A stretch of DNA of 64,000 bases, taken from positions 11,408,001 to 11,472,000 of the forward strand of contig OZ316776.1 in the NCBI GenBank assembly GCA_973851085.1, read 5' to 3'. Shown here piece by piece: positions 40,501 to 54,310 of the stretch (positions are counted from its first letter, which is position 1; each line of letters opens with the position of its first letter). The translations under genes and the position numbers were made by a program. The DNA comes from Ptychomitrium polyphyllum (Eukaryota). The notes beneath the pieces were generated by a model. That model made no database searches, was not told where the DNA came from, and saw only the letters and a list, made by a program, of their open reading frames with translations.

Positions 40501-42003
40501 ATATTTTAAACATCGAATCTGAATTCAATGTTTTTCAAGTAAGAATTCGTTATATTAAAAAAATATTTCAAGTTAAATATGAAAATCAATATATTTTTAT
40601 ACATTAATAACATTAATTATAAAGCTCTCAAATGCAAGCTTTTACATTTATAATTTACATAAAAATAAATTAGGATTATAATAGATGAATATTGAAATAT
40701 TATCCAAGATATTACAAAAACCTATGAAATCAATTTTTGAAAATTCAAAAAACTATTATGAATCAAAATAGTTATACAATTTTTGAAAGCTTTTTAAAGG
40801 TCATGTGATTCAAATGTTAAAGATTGAAACTTATAATATTCATGAATTCTAATTTTTAACTCAACATTTACCTTTTATAAACGTTAATATGAACATTCTT
40901 TTATAATTAGCTCTTTGGATCTTTATAAAATGTGCTATTTATCTTAGATCTTATATGAACAACACATTAAATATAAATTTAGAAAAATTGATTCACAAGC
41001 ATAAAATATGATCATAGCAATTGTTGCAATACATTCAATTAAAATTGAATTTAGATGAAAGTTTTATTTAGAACCTACTATATAATCATAACTTCTATGT
41101 TGATTTTCAATATGAGAATATTTTGTTTATTATTTATACTAATTACATGATTTTAATTGAAATTTAATGGATATAAAATTTAAAGCTATATTCAAATTAT
41201 GAATTATGAAGAACTTAAATATTAGTCAATTATAATAAATATTTTGATTCAAATGAATAATTTCAATATATTTAATTGACCATTTCTTTACATAAAATAA
41301 TAACACTTCACAATTATATCAAATAACTAGTTATCTTCAAAATTTATTTATACTCACATTATTAAGTTGTGTACAATCTTGATAAAAAATCTAAATTAAT
41401 TCTCAAAGGCTTAATACAAAATTACATTAAAAAATACTTCAAATATATTATAAAGATGATATAAACCAAATTATATAATATACAAATTTTTTATTGACAA
41501 AAATATTTAATTTCTTCAAAGTCATATAATTTACAAATAAATGTAGTTTACTCAAAAATAAATATAAATGTGGTTAATTCAAAATTTGATCATTTATATG
41601 ATAGAAAATTGCATGCATATTTATAAACACAATTTATCATCATAGATTTATTTTAATTTTGCATTACTTAACTTACAATAAAATCAAATTAATACATATA
41701 ATTCATATGATTAAAATCTAATTTCTAATTTTTTTTGGCACTTATGTTAAATATGATTGTACTAAATATAAAAATGAAGAATTCTAATTAAATAATAGAG
41801 TTTCAATAATTGATAAAATTATAAAATAAAACATCATTCATGAAGAATTTATGGCCTTTTTGGTTGATATTGTGTTGAATAATAGTTAATTTGAGATAAA
41901 GTTTAAAACTTCTTATTTAAAGTAATTATGCTTGAATAAGTTTTTGCAAATGCCTCCATTTGTATAATATGGCACTTCTACAAAAAAGTTTTAAAATTAA
42001 AAA

Positions 42004-42103
42004 NNNNNNNNNNNNNNNNNNNNNNNNNNNNNNNNNNNNNNNNNNNNNNNNNNNNNNNNNNNNNNNNNNNNNNNNNNNNNNNNNNNNNNNNNNNNNNNNN
42101 NNN
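42004..42103. other. Assembly gap (100 N)
   Basis: Run of exactly 100 N, typical of a scaffold gap of unknown size. Confidence 0.99.
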
Positions 42104-45100
42104 TTCAAATTTAAATTTATATATACTATCCGTAAAAAATATTCAATTTTTAAAATGCACTAATGATATTTAACAATAATACACTTAGTATAAGACTATG
42201 TTTTATATACAAATTGTAATTATGTTTAGGATTTATTAAACATAATTTTTGAAAAATTAAAAGTTGTTGATAAATGATTTTGAATGATGTATAAAGTAAA
42301 AATTGGAAAAAAAACCATTAAAAAAGATTAAACATAAATAACAATAGACTAATATTTTATTTTTGTATATATATGGATATGTACCTCATATATAAAAAGC
42401 AGACATAAATAAAAAAATTAACTACAAAAATATGAAACTAATAAATAAAATCTCATGTTAAATTTTCCTTAAAATTACATTTACAAAATTAACTATTTAA
42501 GAATAAATTAAAAAAATAATATTGATTGAATACATTTGTTTTTTTCAAGACAAATGATCAACGGATATCTTAATTTTTAACAAAATAAAAAGTTGTTGAA
42601 TCAAATAACTCAATGGTGATTTCTTTGTTGCAATAAAGATTTTTATTTCACTTTTCAATTATTGATAAAGAATAATGACCCTATTATTATCAATAATTAA
42701 AATTATCTTATAATAAAATCATAAAGCATAAACCATAGAATTCACAAATTCATATCATAAGCTATTTGTTTCAAAAATGATATTGTGGATTCTAAGATAT
42801 TCATCTTTAGGTGATTAGATCTATGTTGCAATATATTTCTCACAAGTTTAATATTTTAAGATATTACAAAATTAAAAAACTACCAAACTATTATTGTAAA
42901 TTTTTAAAAGGTTTATAATTAATATATTTCCATGTACTTCTTTTTGTGAGTTTCACTCAAAAACTCAATGAAATCACAATTTATTAATGTTTTTTGTAAA
43001 TTCATCCAATTTACTTAAGAAAATGGATTAGTAATCTAAGATGCATGGATTGATCTATGTATGCCAATCAAGTGAGTGAAATTTTTGTGGCATTGTAATA
43101 TATGGTCCAGTCATGAAGAAAGTGAGATCACCAATGACAAGTGCTTGGTGACCATTGAGAGTCAAAGACACCTTAGACAGTAAAATCAAAGTAGCACTAT
43201 AAGAAAAAATAGTTATAGGGTCTACTTCCTTATAGAGAAGAGTAATTCTGTACTACTATCCTATGCCTTCTAGTGCATATGTCAAGGATTGAATGAACAC
43301 ACACTTATTCACGCCGGTCCCTTTTGCAGATTGGAGTTCATCTTCTTATGAAAAAGTGCCATTTGAATCCAACATGTAAAGAGTATAAATTTTTAAAAAT
43401 TTCTTAAAGCAAAGACTGTTTGCAGAAGAGGTGGTTGTTTGGAGGCATCATAAAATTCATGCACACTCTTCCTTGTTTGTGAAGGCAAAATACTCTTCTC
43501 CATCATCAAGGCTCCCCAGTTGCCAATCTGGCAAGCCTTCTGGAATGCTGTCAAGCAAAGCATGCTCAAGCTTTTCTCACACCGGGTAGCTGTCAATGCT
43601 TTGACAGCAGAAGGGTGAGAAAGACAGCAATGAACATGCCCACACTGGTTCATAAATCCATCAAACATTTTATAGATCAGTCCACAGGCCATGCCCTTGT
43701 GTCCATGCTCTTGTCTCACAACAAGCTGGGGGTGATCCAGAGTGCCTCCTTGCCTGCTAAGTATGGAAATTTCACGTGCGAGGCTTGTCCAGCAGTATCA
43801 ATGGCTACCACAATCCCACAGGTGCTGAGGTCAAACAAGTATTGCTCCGTGAACATGTGCAGAGATGCTGAAACTGGTCTCTGGGATGAGGACCTTCGGA
43901 GCTTCACACTCCATATGCGGTGCTGAAAAGATCTCTGCATGGCTGCAGGTATTCAGGAGTGACCTCCGAAGCCTTGGCATTCGTAAATGTGAGAGTACTG
44001 GTATCCTTCACTGGAATGTTTTTCCATGTTGGCAGTTTCCTGACCTGATGCAAATGAGCGATTTCACCATGGACCTTCTAAGCTCTGTAACAAAAGTGCA
44101 AACGAGCATGTATCACAAGAACCACACCGCTACATGATAGCTTAAAAAGTGGTTGAAATCCAAATCCTATAAGAATGAGAACATATCCAATCTGTTGGAG
44201 GAACGGTAAAATCTATATAAAAGTAGGAGTGAAGGTAATTATGATTATGGTTTCAGAAGACACTTAGGGTATTTCTTTCAAACAAAGTTTTAACAGAGTC
44301 ATATTTTGCACGGATTAAAAGGAGAATTGGATTGTACCTGCATGGGTATCAGCAGTGTACTACATACAAGTGCTAGAACCAACAAATGAAAAGGTCGCAA
44401 ACGATGTCACATACATGACTAGACTGAATGCCTTCGAAGGAGGAGCAGGTAATCCACATGCTAACAAGTTGAACTACGTAGCAACACAATCACCCATCCA
44501 AGAGCTAGAAAATGACCAATTTCAAAGACCAAATTCTAGTCATTATGATAATAAACGGGAGCACGTTATTGTGATGAAGGTTTGGCATTTTCAGGTAGAA
44601 GCTACAACACAAACGTACGCAACTAATTGATCAAACTCTGCAGAATCCAACCTTTTGCTCAATCAATCAATCAGCTCCGTGATGCTCAAGTCCATGCATG
44701 CCCAGCTAAGCAGCTTCGACTCGGTATTTGCTTTCCATTGTTGCCACAACATTTCCAATTGTCATTAGCAACGCAGAGCCATTTCCGGTTCCCCGCTAAC
44801 CTCATGCTCTTGATCAATGTAACCATGCTGTGATCTCTAGGCCCTAGATGATCTCCTGCACAGCCATGGCCTAGTCCTCTACGCTAGCAAACTGTTCTCT
44901 CTTACGTGAAAAGGAAGCGAAAGCGTTGTCATATTCACAACCCAACTCTCCGGTCGGGTCCTTCATTCTAGACCATGATAACCTGATTAGGGTTTCCATC
45001 AGCGCAAACTGCTAAACAGTCTCATCCGCAACTCACCACGGCATCAAGGACGAAAACAGTCTCTGGGGCATCACAGCCTGATTCTAGTTCCGAAAGAAAA

Positions 45101-46500
45101 CCTCCAAGACTGAGACATGCGACAACTCCGATGTGAAAGATGCTTCACCACGGCTGAGTTCTGTGGACGGCAAACGGAACACGCGAACTTGGAAACTGCA
45201 GGAACGTGCACACGGAGATACTCGTGGGGGCTCACGAACACCATCCATCCTGCACGGCGCCGGGTCGATCGTAACGCCGGGCGACCCGCTGTTGCGCACA
45301 ACGGTGCGGACGGAACTGCGCGAGCTACTCCTTCACCCGCCCGAGGAAACACCGGGCCAGGCAACACCGACGAAGTGAGCACGCGCAGCGCAAGCATCGC
45401 CTGGAGGCATCTTTCACATCTGGAGCCTCGGACGCAGAGAATCCGTCGCGCCCCCTCTCTATGTGTGGATGCCCATCCCGATTGCCACTGCCCTCATGTG
45501 CGCGTGGCCAACTCTCGGCGAATCCATCATCTCCAGGAGCAGCTCTTTAGGTGCGGTTTCAAGCTCTGTACCGACTTGGATGACGCGAATAGGAACTTGT
45601 GGATCGTTCCTGTGCTGTTAGAATTTTCTAGTATTGCGATGGTAGGTGGAGGTTTAGAGGAGGTTTTTGGGTTAGATGGGGTTTCGTTGGGAGGTTCGTT
45701 TTGGTGGAGGATGGTGAGTTCTAGCGAATCTAGCTTATGTTGGTTCTTCTGAGGAGTCATTTGGGAGGAAATTGTTGTTTTTGGTTGCGGCATTGGGGTT
45801 GGTTGAGTATGTCGGTTCCAAACAATCACTCCGTCTTTAAGCTTTTGAAGCTCTTTTATATTTTGTTCAGCTTCGGCAGAAGTCATCAACTAATCGAGCA
45901 TGGCTCTGAATCTGTCTGATGATGGATTTCATGCAACCCCGAACTGCACGGAAGCACAATGTGCTCTTGTGTTTCGGGAATCGATTGTAAGAGTGGTCTG
46001 CTCGCTAATCGTTCTCTCGCCAAGTGTATCATTTCTTGAAGAACTAGGAATGCTTCATTACTTACGATAATCTTTGTTGTTTCCATGGTATGGGAAGGCG
46101 TCATTGTGTGTAGATTCTTGTTCCGGTTCCTAGATCATGCATGGGTTCCCGTATTGTGAACAAGTGTGAGTTGTATTTGATAATTGTTACTCACAATACT
46201 TTCCATAGATTCATTCTTTTCATATCTCTAGCTATCTCCTCTCAATTCGGTCTGAATTTAAGTGAACTGAATGCATTTTCGCAGAATCTCCGACGGGTCG
46301 AGCATACCATACCAGGAGTTCGCCACGAATGAAGTTGGCTCCCGGAAACTCATCTGAGTACCTTTGATGCTTTTGCGAGAGTGTGGAAGGCAGCAACCCT
46401 GGAAAGGTTTGCCCTAGGTCAGATTTTTCAAGAGAAATTTTTCTCTAAGCGGAATCTCTCCCTCCCTCGCTGGAGGGAGAGAGAAGGGCAGGTTGCAGAC

Positions 46501-49500
46501 ATGGGGGTGACCGCGTATCCCAAGGCAGTGGGTGTAGCGGCGGTAGCGTATGTGGGGGTGGATTACTTACGAGAGGTCGCCCCAGGACTTCACCAGGTCC
46601 TGCAGCCTTTTCTGTGGGGCTTCTTCGCTATAGCAGCTGCGGTTCGTGCTCCCTATTATGAATACTGGACTCGGGAGCTTCGTGCTATAGGGATCTTCTT
46701 AGGGTCGCTGGTGTTCATGATTAGTTGTCTCTGCATCGAGGCCATGGCAGTGCAATATGTCACGACTGTGCTGGGTCTGGATTGGCACTGGTGAGTATTC
46801 CTTGGCCGTTGATTAGGATCTTCACTTGAGTTCGAACATTGCCAAGTGCGGTGAGAGATTGTACTGGTATTGTGCTACTAGAGGCTTCTCTTCTTCAGAC
46901 TCCCTTTGTTTAAGGAGGTTTGACTAGGTTAGTTCACTTGATCTAGCGGCAGGGTTTTATCAAGGTTGCCTACTTCATGATTCGCTGGACGTTATTCGTG
47001 TTCCCAAATAGCTCAGTTCTCTGAATTTGGTTTGATTTGATTTTTTCTTTTTTCTAGGTTAGAACTAGATTGTTTCCATTTGTTATATAAACAGTTAAGT
47101 TTTCCTTTGAATTTTTCCTGATTTGATTCTTTTCTTTTCCAGGTCGTAGCTAGACTAGTTCTATTTACTATATATGTATGATCCTTTGCAAGTAGTTCGT
47201 TACGTTGAATGTTGGTGCTAGCTAAAAGGCGTTAACTAGAATGAGGCCTTGGGGAACAACGATTCGAGAACATGAATAATACAGAGTTTTGTCATTGAGA
47301 GTACTCCCCCACTAGCTTGATTACTCTCTCTTCACATGACACTACATGCGCTGACAAAGACACCAGCTTACATACTGTGAATAATAAGCAAGTAACAGTT
47401 GATAACGCACTATAGTCGATTATTGAAACGAAGGTTTGATTGTATGTTTTGTTGAATATGGTCTGAACCTACATCGACTAAACATACGAAGTAACTGCTA
47501 CGGTTCTGGTCTCTAGGCTAAATGCGTCAACTGTTCACATTGGGTTGTCATGGTTATACAAGATGTAATGTTGTGTTCTAACTTCTGCATTGAGGAAAGT
47601 TTCTTGGAAATCCTGGCCTGCCCTGAGGTCTAATTATTAATTTGTAGCTGCATGACATTGTGAACAGCCTAGTGTTAATTGAATGGCGTTAGATTACTTC
47701 CTTCAGGCTCCTGTTACTCTGCGCTTTTTGGAGCTGAGGGCTATCGAAAACTCTGTCTATTGAGATTCAGAGAATTCAAGGTTAACGTAGCAGTTTGTGT
47801 CTAAACTCCTTAGATTGACCAGCTTGTATATTCAAGTTCCTGGATGCAAGATTCGTTAATCAACGACGAAGAATGTTCCTGGGAAAACGATCCCGAGGGA
47901 AGAGTATAATAGAGGTATACGTACTACGTAGTTGTGAGATGTGTTTAAGCTCTACCATCTTATATTTGTTGAGTTATGTGAAACCTAGAAGCTTACACGG
48001 TGGGTCCATTTGATTTGTTTGATCAGGAGTACTGCGCCACTTCCTGACTCGGGACAATGGCTGGTCTTAGCGGGAAACGAGAAGCTTCCAGCAGCCGTTG
48101 TAGCTTTTTTACGAGCCCCTGTAATCGGACTTCATCATTTCTTGATGCTCTTCCTTCTCTTGGCCTTTTCAGTGTTGTACGGTTGTGTGAAAGCCCCTGG
48201 TATGGGGCTAGGTGCGCGATATATGTTCACCATGGGTTGTGGAAGGCTTATCCGAGTTTTGACATTTGTTGCTACAATCCTACCTTCAGCAAGACCCTGG
48301 TGTGCTCATACACGATTCAAGACTGCCAATCATCCACATCCATGGGCGCAAAAGTACTACGTGCCATATGCTAAGGATCCTAATATGGTTCGCCAGGTTA
48401 TTGATCGGGACCAGGCATTTGGTAAGTTATTCTTTAGATTCTTCATCCTTAACCGCTTCTAAATGCCAATGCTGCTGGCTTGGGGTTAGGGTTAGGGTCG
48501 CAGCCCTAATCCTAAACAGATTGCAAAAACGACCTACTTTTCTTTTTAAAAACGTTGCCTGACTGTGCCTTCACTTGTGGAATGCATTTCTTTAATTACT
48601 GGGGAACAAATGTAGAATATGTCCAATGTATTTTTTATACTTTCTAAGACAGCAGGTGTTGGTTGCTGCTGTCTTTTATTTTATTTTTGTGGGATATCCT
48701 GGTTTTCTCTTTTCCGAATGATCTGTTTGCTCCACGTTTTCAGCTTGTTTTCCAATAAATTGTGTTTTTTCCTGTCACAGCCCCAGTTGGGAGTTATCCT
48801 GCAGAGTACGTCCCCAACTGGGGTTCAATGCAATTCCTGGTGAACATCTTGAGACCTATGGACCCAGCGCAAACCGGACAAGGTCCAGAAAACTGGTTCA
48901 ACACTCTGAAGCGTGCCGGTGGTGGATGCAATGATCTTGTGTTCAGCGGTCATATGTATGTAGCAGTTCTGACAGCTATGGCATGGCAGGTAGGATTTGG
49001 AACTCTCATTTTGTCCTTGTATGTGTTTCTCACTACTTTTTGTGCGGAACTTTTATTGCATAATACCACTTTTGTTGTATAAAGAACTGATGATTATTGG
49101 ACGATAACGGGTACCATCTCTACACTTATTTGCGTTCCAAGTCTTGGCTATGCCCTAAACCCTAAACTCCTTTTCCCGGTGTGCAGGAGGCCTATCCTGG
49201 CTGGGGTTCGATTTTCGTATGGCTTCTAGTCGCACATACCGGACAACGCGAGATTCGGGAACGGCACCATTACAGTGTGGATGTGGTCTCAGGAATCTAT
49301 GTTGGCATTCTGATGTGGCGTACTACAGGGTGGATCTGGTCAAGGAAAGATCGACTTCAGGAACTCAGAATTAAACATTTAGCTGCAGCAGAGGATGAAA
49401 TCCAAAAGGCTGCTAAAGAAGGCGATCTTGAGAAAATCAGGTCTATTTTGAACAAAACAAGTAAAGTCGCTGCAGAAGGAAAATTATCAGGTCGGACTTT

Positions 49501-49579
49501 GTTGTTCTTTGGAGGTTTCATTTTGTTCATGACACTTAGCCTTGGGCTCCTCGCCTTCACATTGACATCGGATGGTTGA
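46501..49579 (+). CDS. PLM: Sphingomyelin-synthase-family membrane protein, PHLOEM UNLOADING MODULATOR (At1g43580)-like, 4 exons
   Basis: Exons 46501-46790, 48027-48421, 48781-48989 and 49187-49579. Motifs VLGLDWH, PLPDSGQWLVL, ATILPSARPWC, GGGCNDLVFSGH and REIRERHHYSVD (SMS/PAP2-type catalytic His/Asp), plus several TM segments. Confidence 0.92.
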
Positions 49580-52500
49580 TATTTTAAACAATTTTTCTCA
49601 GATTTTGAATATAGCCTCACCTTGTGCTCTTCAGAACTGATCTGTTCTATGTATCACATGGTCAAATTTTTTTGTCCTCTTATCTACGTTAGAAGTTGTG
49701 TATTCGAATTTCGTTCATGGCAGCTTCTATCTGGAACTAGGTACAGGGCATAGTTGCTTTGATTAGTCACGGTTGCTACTTTCAATGAAATATGTGGACA
49801 CTGAATCTTAGACATGAATGTGGATGCTGTTATCCGAGGGTCACATACTTCCTCAAGTTATGAATTGTTATGTAAGCTCAATATTTCTAATATTTTTAAC
49901 GTTGTTAAAGCAAACAGAAGTAAATTTTGTTGCAAGATTCTTGATATCTTATTGGTGCAGAATAACTAGATTTTTAGGTGATCAGGATCGGGATAGGTGA
50001 AAGTACGAACTCACCAGTCTGTTGGATATCTTTTGATACTTTTTTCTGAAAAGATCTTTGTTCATCACATTGGATCTGCAAAGAATTTCACTTAGCAAAG
50101 TATGAGATTTAAGGTCTTGCAAATTATAATGCTGTTTTTCTGCTTTGTAATTTCAAACGTCATGCAATTGATTTGGTATCATCATCTTGTAGCTGCTTCT
50201 GGGGAAAGATTTTAACATCTGCATAGCTTTGATTACCATCATGCTGCCACCCGTCACATTCCTCAGTAACAGAAATTATAGCTAATGCCAACCACACGGA
50301 CAGAGCCATGTTAAGTATGTCATAATATCAAGCCGTGCCTTGCCCACTGCAATAGTCACTTCCTCACGTCCTCACCTAATAATTTTGGTGAACTTCTGTT
50401 GGGCAAGTTCATTCCTAGAGCCCTTACGTTATCGTAAATGTAGCCTCCTTTCCCCTTTCCCGCTACATCATAGCCCTATGTCCTGAATAGGAGGGTAAGG
50501 TACTTCTGGATGACTCAATTTTAGGTGCTCTCTGTCCTGTATGCACACACGTGGAAGTTATAGGTGCTCTCTGCCCTCAACTCACTGTGTCTACCGTATA
50601 CCTTCAACAGTGGTCCACTTAGTTGATTGTAATTGGTCATCTTTGCACCTTTTATTCTAGTGTTCGAACTAATCGAGACACACTCCCTTTCACAACAAAA
50701 ACGCCAGATGCCTTCTCACTGTATTGTGAAGAATCAGAGACTCGAACCACCAAAACGTTTTTGCTACCGGTGCGTACGTGGCCGACAGAATGATTATATA
50801 ACCAGCAGCAAGCTCAGCAGCAGCTTGACATGCATAAAATGATCCTAAGACAACTTAATACTTGCACACCATATACAAGCCTTTACAACTCCTAGTATTT
50901 TTCTCGAAGGCAGAAGTTCCAACGCATGAGCAACTGTAAACCCATGTACGGTACAGAACATGACAACGTTGACAAGCGCCCAAGTTCACAGTCCTTCCAG
51001 CTTTGTATCTGAGTAACTTAAAGCTCTTTTGTAACTGAGAAATCCTGATCTCATTCAAGGCTATACGCTGGCCGCTTGAAGAAGTCACAATAAACAAAGA
51101 TTTCTGGAAATGTCAGACACACACATGTACTGAAACTTGAAGTTAGAGGTGAAGATCAAGTATTGAAGCTCGTTATAATCGCTCTTGGGATTATTTGAAA
51201 CGAGTGAAGAAACACCGCATGCAGGAGAAGGGGGAGTATGACGGGCAGTTACGTGTACGGAATGGCGACAATATTTATGATGCTCTTGCTAATTAAGGAT
51301 GTTGCTTAGTGCCACTCCTACGCCCAGCCCTGACAAAATCACACCAACAGAACTGAAACTCCAGCGACTTCAAAAACTCCAAACGAAGTTTTGTGTCGGT
51401 AGAGACCTGTAAAGAATCAGTCGGGTAGTCACGTCACATGTATTGCAAGTATGGAAATCTCAAGCGAAGAATTACTGACCAAAGCGAGCAAGAGCTCACA
51501 AATGGACGACTGAGGTAGCTCTAACTCGATTCGAATAAGTTAAAGAACTCTTGACTCCTGACCATCACCATAAGAGAGCTGAACTAGTCCAAGTGGTGAT
51601 AATTCTGGTGGAAACAGGTGCCAGTGTCAAGGATAACACTTAGACATACTGGAGTCAACTTTTGAACAACCCGTTTTGGAGCTCGGCACCCGCTCTCATC
51701 CCGAGAGTGTAAAACTACGTTTCCCAAAGGTTCCAATGCACGGATCCCCGGGCCTGAATTGAATATGGAAGTGGGCCAATGTTTATCCTCCCAGAGTGGC
51801 CAAATGCCACCGAAGCACATGGCTTTGTATTTACGGCCAGGGGCTGCCATATCTACTTTCTACGACTCTCGACCCATCCTGATTCCATGCCAGACATCCC
51901 TCCACCATTACATCCAAAAGTTTCATCACCTCGAATGTTCGGAGAGAAAATATCCAGCCGTCGACTAACCTGCATCGGAAACCGGCGTCCGTAACACCAT
52001 CATCTGCCATTTTTAGACTTTCCTTGCTGCCGAAGCCTCAAATCGCCTCTTTCTCGATCAGCCTTGTGTCGAGAGAGGGTGTCACATGCACATATGCACA
52101 CCACTTCGAACTTGATTGAGACTGAATCTAGTAGAAATATGTCGAGCTGGACCCCTGACTTAGAATAAAACTGTCAAGAAAACAAACATATTCATCATGA
52201 AACCTTCATTCCTATCACTGATTCACTGTATAGTTTTTCCAAAGATGTCACTGTTGAGAATACTAGTGAGAGACAACGTACTACAATCCACTTCAGACTA
52301 AAGTAAAAAATGGGATCAAAGGAGTCGTGCCTCATACTTTAAAGGTGTGACAATTCAAACTTTTCTGCGGTCTACTATTTCTCGACCAATCCCACATCTT
52401 TGACTTCAATAGTGCTGCGTTATTATACTTGCAAAAAAGTAGACACTGCACTGAGAAAGCGCCTCTTTATCCACCAAACCCACCACAAAGAGCACATTCT

Positions 52501-54194
52501 CTGTGGCATAGGTTTGAATGCCTGGATTGCATAGATTCCATGACCCACATTATCTACACTGGCCAAACCTGATTCCCTGCTATCTATTTCCGCATAGACA
52601 TGCATCGTGTCAGTGGGGGACAGGTTCATAGCGTTCTCTAGCAAGGCAGCTAGTGTAGTCACTCTGTAGAATACTGAGCCCCAAGATGCCCAATCAATAT
52701 GGTTCAATAAGAGGAATTGTGGTTTATTAGAACTAACCATGATTAGTTGCTTTAAAATCACTTCAAAGGTCATTTACTTCAACTACTGAAGAATGCTATA
52801 TTGTTTTTTAATTTATTTTTAAATACTTTATTATTGTATTATATAATATTCTACTATATATCCTCTAAAATTAAGTACATAGTTTAATTATATCAAATTT
52901 TTAACCTTTGAAAGTTTCTAAGGAATGATATATGGTTGACTACTTGTAGAAAGCTATAAATCAGTACTTTAGTAGCTTATGAAATCCATGTTGGCATAAA
53001 TTGGAGTTTTATTTTAATTTTTTATTTATTAAAGATGTACTAGTTATATAGTTAAAAAGATGTTATACAAAATTAATTGGAATGGGTGTGATAGACCTTT
53101 GATATTGAATTTATAAGATTATAATTATAGTATTAAGTTTTGTTTTTACAATGAATTTTGTATTGTTAGTAAAATAAATAAATAAAATATATTTTAGTAA
53201 TTAAAGGCATACGTCAATTATATATTATAATAATATTAAATAAACAATAAGAATTTGAAAATATTATGTACTTTCAAAGTATTTGTTAAGAAAATCATAT
53301 CAGTTGAATAATATCATATTAAATAAAATCATCTATGAATTCAACTTGTTCATTATGATCTTTGTTGATTTTATAAATGCATTAAAGTACTTAACCCTTT
53401 TAGAAATTTTTAATAATTCAAAATAATTATAATTAATTATAAATTAATATATATAATATTTATCAAGTATGAATGGCTTTAAATTTTTAACAATCACTAG
53501 AATTTTAATTGTTTTACGATTAATTATTTTTTTTTAAATTAAAATTTTGCATTCAATAATATATTATAATTTGTGAATTCTTAAAAAATTAATATATGAA
53601 CATATACATTATTTTCACTTTTTACTAGATCTACAACATATTATACATCTTCCTTAAATTTTGTAACTAAATTTGAAACTTATTTTAAACTTTATTATGG
53701 AAGAAAATTTGAAATTTTATAAAGAAGAGGGTATAGACAAATTATACAATTTATTTTGCAATTAAACGGATCCTTTTAAGAAAATAAAACATTTTAAATT
53801 GATTAAAACAAAAGATGAATTGTATAATTTATAATGACAATCCACTATTATTATGACATTGAGAATCTTTAGTCTATACAACCAAGGTCCATGTTATATG
53901 AGCAACAAAGAAAGTCTTCTTACTCCTTCTATATAATCTTTGTCTTTTTTTTACCATTTTTGATCTCCACTTTATAAACTCTCGAACAATAATATCCAAT
54001 AATATTGCCATTTCCTATGCCATTTCACTCTACCCTTGTTTACTTCAATTTCCACATAGATTCCAAAGGAAAATACGGTACAAAATCTACAACTAAAGTG
54101 TTGATCAAACCCATTCCTCTCACTCCCCTCATGCAGCAACCACTTCTCTATAAGAACCAATAGGAGATGTCTATGTTCAAAGATTCCCTTCCAG

Positions 54195-54310
54195 AAATCC
54201 GCTAAGGGCGGGCGCCACTGCCACGTCAGAAACGAGACGGGTCCACGCCAGCAGTGGGTCGGACGTGGCAGGCAACTGGTGTTTGGGCCCACCCAAGCCA
54301 GTCAGGACGG
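54195..54310. promoter_or_regulatory. GC-rich promoter-like patch with inverted ACGT (ABRE-like) pair and site-II motif
   Basis: TGCCACGTC (about 54219) and GACGTGGCA (about 54262) in inverted orientation, and TGGGCCCA at about 54284; abrupt rise in GC/CpG relative to the flanks. Confidence 0.4.

Noticed and set aside
41926..42163. ORFs spanning the N run
   Set aside because: Artefacts of the assembly gap.
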